A DNA stretch of 64,000 bases from an uncultured Rubrivirga sp. (GTDB lineage: Bacteria > Actinomycetota > Actinomycetes > S36-B12). Position numbers and translations under genes: made by a program. Positions 29,324 to 37,082 of this stretch are shown piece by piece (within the stretch, counting starts at the first letter, position 1; every line of letters starts with the position of its first letter). The notes beneath the pieces were generated by a model that was given only the letters and a program-made list of their open reading frames with translations, had not been told where the DNA came from and made no database searches. The DNA lies in assembly GCA_964550285.1 (NCBI GenBank), contig CAZJYN010000002.1, forward strand, positions 3,646 to 67,645, written 5' to 3'.

Positions 29324-29417
29324 CATAGGTGCAACGCCCGACCCGCGGGGTGGACGGGGAGGAGCCCGCCCACCCCGGGGTCGACCTCATCGAAAGGACG
29401 AGGCGTTCAGCGTCGGT

Positions 29418-30521
29418 TTACCACTCGGGAGCGACCGCGGGGTCGTCGTAGTTCTGAGCGGTGACCTTCGGGTTCGGCATGTACAGCACCGAGCCCGCGT
29501 CGTCGCGGCCGAGATCGGTCTCACCGGTCATGGCTGCGTAGATGCCACGCACGGCGTTCTCACCGTCCCACGAGGAGGACTGGAACACGGTTCCGTCCAA
29601 ATCGCCGGACTCGACCAGCGGGTTACCTAGGAAGGTGTTGCCGATCGAGGTGATGATCAGACCGTCCACGTCGAGGCCCTGGGCCGCGGCGGCGTCGATC
29701 GCACCGGCGACCATGGTGTCGTCAGCGGCGTAGATGCCCTGGACGTTGTCCGGGCCCACAGAGGTCAGCATCTCCGATGCTGCGATCTGGGACTCGTCCT
29801 TGTTCCAGTTGCCGGGCTGCTCGGCCAGGATGGTCACGTTCGGGCAGAGCTCGGCGACGGTCTCCTTGAAGCCGTTGCCGCGCAGGGTCGCCACCGAGTT
29901 ACCGGTCAGACCGTTCACCTGGATAACGCCGATCTCGGCGCCGTCGGCGAACTCGCACATCATCTCGGCCGAGGCAGCGCCCTGGCCGTAGCTATCGGTG
30001 CCGGAGTAGCCGAAGGTGAGGTCGGTGTCCTCGGGGTTGACGTCAGCGTTGGTGATCCACACCGGGATGCCAGCGTTGTTGGCTGCCTCGAGGCACGGAC
30101 GGATCGAGTCCGCCACGGCCGGCCACAAGATGATGCCATCGGGCTGCGCAGCTACGGCAACCTCGCACTCACTGGCCTGCTTGTCCGCGTCGTACTCGGA
30201 GTTGGTGATCGTCAGGTTGATACCGAGTTCGGCAGCGGTCTCCTCCATCGGGGGGAGGTAGGTCGTGCCGTATGGCTGGTCGTTGCCCTGCGGGAGCAGT
30301 GCGTAGACCTCGAAGGGTCCGTCGGCTGTGTCGACGGCCTCTTCCTCTGCGGCCTCACCGTCGTCTGTTTCCTCGACGGTCTCTTCGACCGTCTCCTCAG
30401 CGGCGGTGTCCTCGCTACCTGCGTCCGCACTGCTGGAGTCGTCAGACCCTCCGCAGGCGGCCAGAGTCAGCGCTGCAGCAGCAAGCATGCTGGCTGCGAA
30501 CGTAACGCGAGACTTTCGCAT
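29418..30521 (-). CDS. sugar ABC transporter substrate-binding lipoprotein (ribose/CUT2 type I PBP)
   Basis: Start set to MRKSRVTFAASMLAAAALTLAACGG (AAGAGG 8 nt upstream; LAAC lipobox). A 45-aa acidic linker is followed by a type I periplasmic-binding fold. Confidence 0.85.
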   Translation of the reverse strand: MRKSRVTFAASMLAAAALTLAACGGSDDSSSADAGSEDTAAEETVEETVEETDDGEAAEEEAVDTADGPFEVYALLPQGNDQPYGTTYLPPMEETAAELGINLTITNSEYDADKQASECEVAVAAQPDGIILWPAVADSIRPCLEAANNAGIPVWITNADVNPEDTDLTFGYSGTDSYGQGAASAEMMCEFADGAEIGVIQVNGLTGNSVATLRGNGFKETVAELCPNVTILAEQPGNWNKDESQIAASEMLTSVGPDNVQGIYAADDTMVAGAIDAAAAQGLDVDGLIITSIGNTFLGNPLVESGDLDGTVFQSSSWDGENAVRGIYAAMTGETDLGRDDAGSVLYMPNPKVTAQNYDDPAVAPEW

Positions 30522-30586
30522 TCTGTTGCCTCTTTTCGTTGGTTTCATCTGGTCAGCCACCGGCGGTGGCAAGCCCCCCTGAAGCG

Positions 30587-31618
30587 CTAACTTCCTGGGG
30601 ATTTCGCCCGGCCTTGACGCAAAGTCCGAAGACTTCCCGCGACCGAACGAAGACTGTTGGGATCGGTGGTGACGGCGACGAGCAAGATGACGCCGATGAA
30701 GATCTGCTGCACCGGCACCTGGACCCCGGAAAGGGTCAAGGCGACCTGCAAGATGCCCAGTGCAGCAGCACCGATCAGTGTTCCGACGATCGAACCGCGA
30801 CCGCCCTTGAGGTAGTTACCGCCGATGATGGCGGCAGCGAAGCTGGCGAGCAGCACCGTCGAACCCGCGGTCGGGTCGGCTGTGGTGCGCTCCAGGGTGT
30901 TGATGACACCAGCGAGCGATGCCACGAAGCCGGAGATCATGAAGCCGGTGAAGATCCGTCGGGTTACCGGGATACCGGCATCGCGCGCCGCCTGGCGGTT
31001 GCCACCGACCGCGAAGAATTCCCGGCCGGCCTTCACTCGCGACACGAACACCTGGATCGCGATGAAGACCAGGACGAAGATCAAGATGCGCGGGGTAAGC
31101 GGTCCGATCAAGGGCTGACCGAAGGCGATGCCGACGTCCTTGTTGGTCAAGCTGACCGGCGCTTCATCGGAGATGACGAATGCCAAGCCTCGTAAGGCGA
31201 ACAGCATGCCCAATGTCGCGATGAAGGAGTTGATCCCCACGACCGAGACGAAGAAGGCGTTGATCATGCCCACGATCAACCCCGTGGCCAGCGCGGCGAT
31301 GATGCCGAGCGTGAGATCGGGGATGCTGGCCATGATCACGCCGGAGACGGCCAGCGTGCTGGCAACACTCAAGTCCAGTTCACCCATGAGGATGACTGCG
31401 GTCAGGCCGAGGGCCACGATGCCCACGAGGGCGATTCGACCGAGGGTGACTTGGTAGGCGGTGAAGACCAGCGGCTCGAGCAAGGCGACCACGATGATGA
31501 TCACGGCGAGCAGGGCGAGGCCGCGGCCTTCGGTGCGGCGTGATGCCACGGTTCGGATGCGCCCCCACACGCCTTCCTGCGCGGCGCTACCCAGGGAGAT
31601 GGTCTGCGTCTGGCTCAT
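30587..31618 (-). CDS. sugar ABC transporter permease (CUT2)
   Basis: 343 aa polytopic. ATGA-type overlap with the upstream permease. Confidence 0.85.
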   Translation of the reverse strand: MSQTQTISLGSAAQEGVWGRIRTVASRRTEGRGLALLAVIIIVVALLEPLVFTAYQVTLGRIALVGIVALGLTAVILMGELDLSVASTLAVSGVIMASIPDLTLGIIAALATGLIVGMINAFFVSVVGINSFIATLGMLFALRGLAFVISDEAPVSLTNKDVGIAFGQPLIGPLTPRILIFVLVFIAIQVFVSRVKAGREFFAVGGNRQAARDAGIPVTRRIFTGFMISGFVASLAGVINTLERTTADPTAGSTVLLASFAAAIIGGNYLKGGRGSIVGTLIGAAALGILQVALTLSGVQVPVQQIFIGVILLVAVTTDPNSLRSVAGSLRTLRQGRAKSPGS

Positions 31619-32619
31619 CGCTTGGACACCTTCCGGCCGAGGGCGTCGATGGAGACCGCGAGGACGATCAGCACACCGAGGGCCACTTGCTGGTAGCCGA
31701 AGCCGATACCGAAGAGCACCAGGATGTTCGTCAGCACGCTGACGAAGATCACGCCGAGGAACGTTCGGTAGATACTCCCTCGACCGCCAAAGACGCTGGT
31801 GCCTCCCACGATGATCGCGGCGAGCGCCTCGAACTCGTATCCGACACCGTCGTTGGAGACCGCGGTGTTGGAGAAGGCCGCCAGCACGAAACCACCGACC
31901 ATGGCTGCGACCGAGGTAACCAGGAAGGCCCCGATGATGACCAGCGAGGTGTTAGTGCCGCCCAGCCGGGTGGCCTGCTCGTTGACACCGAAGGACTTGA
32001 CCAAGAACCCGAAGTTCGTGCGGTTCAGCAGCAGGCTCAGCAGAATCGTCATGATGATCAAAACGACTGCGGAATAGGGGACAGGGCCGATCTTCCCGAG
32101 GCCGAACGCACGAATCGGGCCATCCGGCGGGCCGAAGAAGATCGAACCACCGGAGAAGAAGCGCAACAGGCCGAGCCCGATGAAGGTGGTCGATAGCGTC
32201 ACGATGACGGCGTTCGCCTTGAACACACCGACCGCCGTGCCGTTCACCAGGGCGAACAGGCTCGCTGCGGCGAGTGCGGCCAAGATAGCCAACGGGATGC
32301 CGTAGGAGTTACTGACCGCGATCAAGATGACGCCGGCGGTAGCCACCTGGGCGACCACCGACAGATCGAGGTAGTTACCGCTGATCACCACGAAGGTCAT
32401 GCCGACCGCGACGATTCCGATGGGTGCGGCGCGGTGGAAGACGTCGGTGATGTTGATCAGCGATGAGAATCCATCGACGAAGATCAGTGCGAAAACGATG
32501 AGGACGGCGGTGAAGATGAAGATGCCGTTCTCGGACGTCCACTTCAGGATCCGGGCGGCTTGGCGTTCCTCAGGAGGCGCGACTTGCTGCTTGTCTTCCA
32601 CGACTGCTGTCTCGGACAT
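31615..32619 (-). CDS. sugar ABC transporter permease (CUT2)
   Basis: 334 aa polytopic. Start overlaps the ATPase stop. Confidence 0.85.
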   Translation of the reverse strand: MSETAVVEDKQQVAPPEERQAARILKWTSENGIFIFTAVLIVFALIFVDGFSSLINITDVFHRAAPIGIVAVGMTFVVISGNYLDLSVVAQVATAGVILIAVSNSYGIPLAILAALAAASLFALVNGTAVGVFKANAVIVTLSTTFIGLGLLRFFSGGSIFFGPPDGPIRAFGLGKIGPVPYSAVVLIIMTILLSLLLNRTNFGFLVKSFGVNEQATRLGGTNTSLVIIGAFLVTSVAAMVGGFVLAAFSNTAVSNDGVGYEFEALAAIIVGGTSVFGGRGSIYRTFLGVIFVSVLTNILVLFGIGFGYQQVALGVLIVLAVSIDALGRKVSKR

Positions 32620-34163
32620 CAGGCCTTCACCTCCGATTCCCCGGAGGCCAGGGACATAACTGACTTCTCATTGGCGTCGGCACGCCCGAGCGTTCCGGTG
32701 ATCCGCCCATCTCGCATGACATGGATGACATCGGAAAGTTCGAGCAACTCCGGAAGGTCCGAACTGACCACCAGGACCGCCGTGCCCTGATCGGCGATGC
32801 CCTTGACCAACCGGTGGATCTCAGCCTTCGCCCCGACGTCGACGCCTCGGGTCGGTTCGTCGAGGACGATGAAATCCGGTCGACGGCCCAGCCACTTGGC
32901 GAGCACGATCTTCTGCTGGTTGCCGCCGCTGTACTGCCCAGCCTCCCGGGTGATCTCCGGTGGCCGAAGGCCCACCTTGTCCGCGAGCTGCTGGGCGACT
33001 TCCTTGATCTTGCCACCGAGCATGAACCCGGCCTTGGAAAGTTGCTTGCGATTGGGTAGACGGATGTTGTCGGTGACGGTCATCGTGAGCGCTAGGCCGT
33101 CGGTGCGTCGTTCTTCGGGGACGTAGGCCACGCCGTTGCGAACCGAGGATTGGTAGGTCGAGAGCATGGAGACCTTGCCTCCGACGGTCAGTGCGACCTT
33201 GCCGGCCGAGCGGTTATCGGCACCGATGATGGCCCGCACCAGTTCGGAGCGTCCGGCTCCCACCAGTCCGCCTAGGCCGACGATCTCACCGGCTCGCACT
33301 TGCAGGTCGACGTCGTTGACACCCGGGGCGATGATGCCCTCGGCCCGCAGGACGACCTCCCCCGGTTCGGCATCACGGTGCGTGGCGAGGTCGCGCTTGA
33401 GTTCGCGCCCGACCATCTGGTCGACGACCTGTTCGGGGGTGATGTCCGCAATGGGCGTCGTTAGGACCTGCTTGCCGTCTCGAAGGATCGTGACGTTCGT
33501 GCAGATGCGGAAAACCTCGGGGATCCGGTGGGAGATGTAGGCGATAGCCATCCCGCCAGCCGCGAGGCGCTCGAGCATGGCCAGTAGGTAGTCGGTCTCT
33601 GCCGGGGTAAGGGTGGCGGTCGGCTCGTCCAAGATAAGCACGCGTGGCTTGCGTGCCACGGCTCGGGCGATTTCCACGAACTGCCGCAGCGCGACCGACA
33701 GACGCTTGACCCGCTCGTCGAGGTCGACGCTGACGCCGATCTCCTCGAGGGCGTCGGCGGCGATCTGCTTGAGTTCCTTGTATTCGGTGAAGCCGGCCTT
33801 GGTGGGGAAGGCGCCGAGCAGGATGTTCTCGGCGACGGTCATCTCCGGGACCAGGCTCAACTCCTGGTGGACCAGGGCGATGCCGGCGTCGATCGCGGAC
33901 CGGGTTCCTCGAGCGAGAACCTGCCCGTCAACTCGGACTTCGCCCTCGTCGGGATCCAAGATGCCGGCCAGTACGCGCATGAGGGTCGACTTGCCGGCGC
34001 CGTTCTCACCTACGACAGCGTGGATCTCCCCGGCCTGGACTCCCAAGCTGACGTCGTCCACAGCGATAGCCCCGCCGAAGCGCTTGACGATGTGCTCCGC
34101 TTCGATCAACGGTGGTGCTCCTCCACTACCGGTACTGCCCACGCGCTCTCCTTCGCCTCGCAC
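32619..34163 (-). CDS. sugar ABC transporter ATP-binding protein, duplicated ATPase (RbsA-like)
   Basis: 514 aa. Walker A GENGAGKSTLMRV and signature YSGGNQQK in the second half. Confidence 0.9.
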   Translation of the reverse strand: MRGEGERVGSTGSGGAPPLIEAEHIVKRFGGAIAVDDVSLGVQAGEIHAVVGENGAGKSTLMRVLAGILDPDEGEVRVDGQVLARGTRSAIDAGIALVHQELSLVPEMTVAENILLGAFPTKAGFTEYKELKQIAADALEEIGVSVDLDERVKRLSVALRQFVEIARAVARKPRVLILDEPTATLTPAETDYLLAMLERLAAGGMAIAYISHRIPEVFRICTNVTILRDGKQVLTTPIADITPEQVVDQMVGRELKRDLATHRDAEPGEVVLRAEGIIAPGVNDVDLQVRAGEIVGLGGLVGAGRSELVRAIIGADNRSAGKVALTVGGKVSMLSTYQSSVRNGVAYVPEERRTDGLALTMTVTDNIRLPNRKQLSKAGFMLGGKIKEVAQQLADKVGLRPPEITREAGQYSGGNQQKIVLAKWLGRRPDFIVLDEPTRGVDVGAKAEIHRLVKGIADQGTAVLVVSSDLPELLELSDVIHVMRDGRITGTLGRADANEKSVMSLASGESEVKA

Positions 34164-34522
34164 TGCGGGTCGGCGCCCAAGCTCGCCCTCGGCTCGCTGT
34201 CGACCTACCCACGTCTTCGGTGTTCTGTGTGAGTGTGCACGAGATCACGTGGAAGACAAGGCTTGTAACCTTTTCGTTATGTGCTGGTGTACACAGCCGA
34301 TGCCGGATTGTGACCTCGGGCGCCCGACCGTGTGCCGAATTCCTCACGAGGCGGCCGTGAGGTGAGGATCTCGGGGCTTGTTGGCGGGTAACTTCACCGA
34401 AACGTGTTCACAAGACGGTGAGGCCTGTGTAATCTCCTGCCGAACACCAGCGGGGCGTAACGGCACCGCGGGACAATGCTGGCAATCGCACAACACATAC
34501 TTCACGGGAAAGAGGCTCTTCG

Positions 34523-35329
34523 ATGGACACGACTCGACTGGTGGGCAAGAACATCCTCATCACCGGCGCTGCGCAGGGCATGGGCGCCGCCATCGCGAGG
34601 GACTATGCGGCCCAGGGCGCGAACGTCTGCCTCGGCGACGTCAACACCGAGGGTGTGGACGAAGTGGTAGCCGAGATCAATGCCGCGGGTGGCGGCAAGG
34701 CCATCGGGGTGCGACTCGACGTCACCAGCGAAGAAGAGGCCCAGGCTGCGGTGGACGCCACCGTCGAGGCCTTCGGGGAGATCAACGTCATCGTGAACAA
34801 CGCCGGCATCAACAAGCCGCTGTTCTTCGAGGACATCACCCGCGACAACTGGAACAAGATCATGGACGTCAACGCCTGGGGAACGCTTAATTGCATGCAG
34901 AAGGCGGCCAATCAAATGATCGCCCAGGGCAAGCGCGACTACCCCTACAAGATCATCAACGTCGGCTCGATCCTCTCGCGCGACGCCTTCGACGATGTGG
35001 TCGTCTACTCCGCCAGTAAGCACGCCGTTCTCGCCATGATCAAGGGCGGCGCAAAGGCGCTGGTCGATCACAACATCACGGTCAACGGTTACGGCCCCGG
35101 TGTGGTTCGCACCGAACTGTGGGAGCAACTCGACAAGGATCTCGTCGCCATCGGCAAGTTCGACAAGGAAGGCGAGAGCATGGACTCACTCGCCGAAAAC
35201 ATGATCTTGATGAAGCGTTACTCCTACCCCGAGGACGTCACCGGAACCGCGGCCTTCCTTGCGAGCCCGGATAGCGACTACATGACCGGTCAACTCATCA
35301 TGATCGACGGAGGCATGGTCCTGCACTAA
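34523..35329 (+). CDS. SDR-family oxidoreductase (acetoin reductase/butanediol dehydrogenase-like)
   Basis: 268 aa. TGAAQGMGAA, NNAGI and YSASKHA motifs. Confidence 0.85.
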   Translation: MDTTRLVGKNILITGAAQGMGAAIARDYAAQGANVCLGDVNTEGVDEVVAEINAAGGGKAIGVRLDVTSEEEAQAAVDATVEAFGEINVIVNNAGINKPLFFEDITRDNWNKIMDVNAWGTLNCMQKAANQMIAQGKRDYPYKIINVGSILSRDAFDDVVVYSASKHAVLAMIKGGAKALVDHNITVNGYGPGVVRTELWEQLDKDLVAIGKFDKEGESMDSLAENMILMKRYSYPEDVTGTAAFLASPDSDYMTGQLIMIDGGMVLH

Positions 35330-35412
35330 CGCGCTTCGAACCTACGCCGGTGGTGCGTGCCCGTTCACTCGGCGTCGCGGTGTAGGTTCTGACCGTTCGC
35401 AAGGAGGACACA

Positions 35413-36120
35413 GTGACATCGCTCGAGGCGGGGCAAGCGCTACCAGGTGCTACAGCAGCGTCCCCTGACGGCGATCAAGAGTGGGTTGTCGTCGGCGGTC
35501 GAATCCGCGAGGCCCGAACATCGGCCGGCATCAGCGTGCGCGAACTAGCTCGTCGCATCGACGTCTCACCGAGTCACGTGTCCCAGGTGGAGCGGGGCTT
35601 GGCTGCCTTCAGCGTTCGTGCGCTGTACAACGTCGTCAGCGAGCTGGGCATCCAGATGGATAGCTTGTTCGATGGGGTCCCAGAAGCCGGAGCCGAGACG
35701 CTGCCCGTGGAGCAGCCCCGGCGTCCACTCGACGAGCAGACCGCCTTGGACTCCTCCGGAGTCGTGCTGCGCGCCACCCAACGTCCCACGATCAAGCTGA
35801 AAGCCGGGCCGCGGTGGGAGCGCCTCACCGCGCAGGCTGAGGAGGGGTGCGAGTTCCTGAGCGTCGTGTACGAACCGAATCCATCGGGGGAGCCTCCGGA
35901 GGACTTCATCCGACACAGCGGGCGCGAGTACGGCCTGGTCGTCTCGGGTGAATTGAACGTGCAGGTCGGTTTCGGCCAGGCCACCTTGGGACCGGGTGAT
36001 TCCATCGCCTTCGATTCCAGCGTGCCGCACCGCTTTTGGAATGCCGGAGGGTTCGAGACCCGCTGCGTGTGGTTCGTCATGAACGACGAAGGCTCCGACG
36101 CCAGTTTGCACCACGGGTGA
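35413..36120 (+). CDS. XRE-family HTH regulator with C-terminal cupin sensor domain
   Basis: GTG start 5 nt after AAGGAGGA. HTH ISVRELARRIDVSPSHVSQVERG plus cupin GDSIAFDSSVPHRFWN. Confidence 0.85.
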   Translation: MTSLEAGQALPGATAASPDGDQEWVVVGGRIREARTSAGISVRELARRIDVSPSHVSQVERGLAAFSVRALYNVVSELGIQMDSLFDGVPEAGAETLPVEQPRRPLDEQTALDSSGVVLRATQRPTIKLKAGPRWERLTAQAEEGCEFLSVVYEPNPSGEPPEDFIRHSGREYGLVVSGELNVQVGFGQATLGPGDSIAFDSSVPHRFWNAGGFETRCVWFVMNDEGSDASLHHG

Positions 36121-37073
36121 CGACGGCTTCGACTCGCACATCCACCGCCACGATCGGCTACCTACTGGCGGTCCTGGCCGGCCTCGTTACCGCCATCCAG
36201 TCACGCGTGAACGGCGGTCTCGCCGACTTCCTGGGTAGCGGCACGAGTGCCGCACTGGTGAACTTCACGATCGGGTTGGTCATCATCACCGCACTGGTGG
36301 CGAGCGTCCCGCGCTCCCGCGCCGGCGTGCTGGCAGTACTGCGGGCCTTGCGCGCCCGCACCCTGCCGTGGTGGGCACTCATCGGTGGCGTGTTCGGCGC
36401 ATTCTTCATCGCCATCCAATCGACGTCGGTCCCCGTGATCGGTGTCGCTTTGTTCTCCGTCGCCCTGGTCTCCGGGCAGACCGTGAGTTCGCTCCTGGTG
36501 GACCGGCTCGGTATCGGAACCCATCAAGGCGTGCCGGTCACCACCGCGCGGATCGTCGGTGCTGTCGGTGCAGCCATCGCGGTGCTCATCGCCGTCTCCG
36601 ATCGGCTCGGCGAGCAAGCGACCGGATTTTGGTTGCTGATCGCGTTGTCCTTCCTCGCCGGAGTCCTGGTCGCGTTCCAGCAAGCCGTCAACGGGCGGGT
36701 CTCGATGACCGCCCGCAGCGCACCCGCGGCGACTCTCGGCAACTTCTTCATCGGTGCGATCACCTTGACGATCGTCGTCACGGCCACGGGTGGCTTCGCC
36801 GGATCAGCGACCCCGATTAACACCTCCGGACCCGCTTGGGCCTACCTCGGTGGGGTCCTCGGCGTTACCTTCATCGGGATCTCCGCGTTCACCGTGCCGA
36901 TCCTTGGCGTACTGTCCTTCGCACTGGTCGTGATCGCAGCCCAACTCGCCGGCGCTATCGCGTTGGATCTGATCTGGCCCGCGACCGCGCAACCGATCAC
37001 GCTGCCGGTGCTCGCCGGTGCAGCGCTCGCCGCGCTAGCGGCTTTCATCGGCCGTCGTCGATCCACGACCTAG
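36117..37073 (+). CDS. DMT-superfamily membrane protein, tandem DUF606 (YdcZ-like) fusion
   Basis: GTG start overlaps the regulator stop (GTGA). 318 aa, about 10 TM segments. Both halves share QSRVNGGL / QQAVNGRV-type motifs. Confidence 0.6.
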   Translation: MTTASTRTSTATIGYLLAVLAGLVTAIQSRVNGGLADFLGSGTSAALVNFTIGLVIITALVASVPRSRAGVLAVLRALRARTLPWWALIGGVFGAFFIAIQSTSVPVIGVALFSVALVSGQTVSSLLVDRLGIGTHQGVPVTTARIVGAVGAAIAVLIAVSDRLGEQATGFWLLIALSFLAGVLVAFQQAVNGRVSMTARSAPAATLGNFFIGAITLTIVVTATGGFAGSATPINTSGPAWAYLGGVLGVTFIGISAFTVPILGVLSFALVVIAAQLAGAIALDLIWPATAQPITLPVLAGAALAALAAFIGRRRSTT

Positions 37074-37082
37074 CCAGGATCG

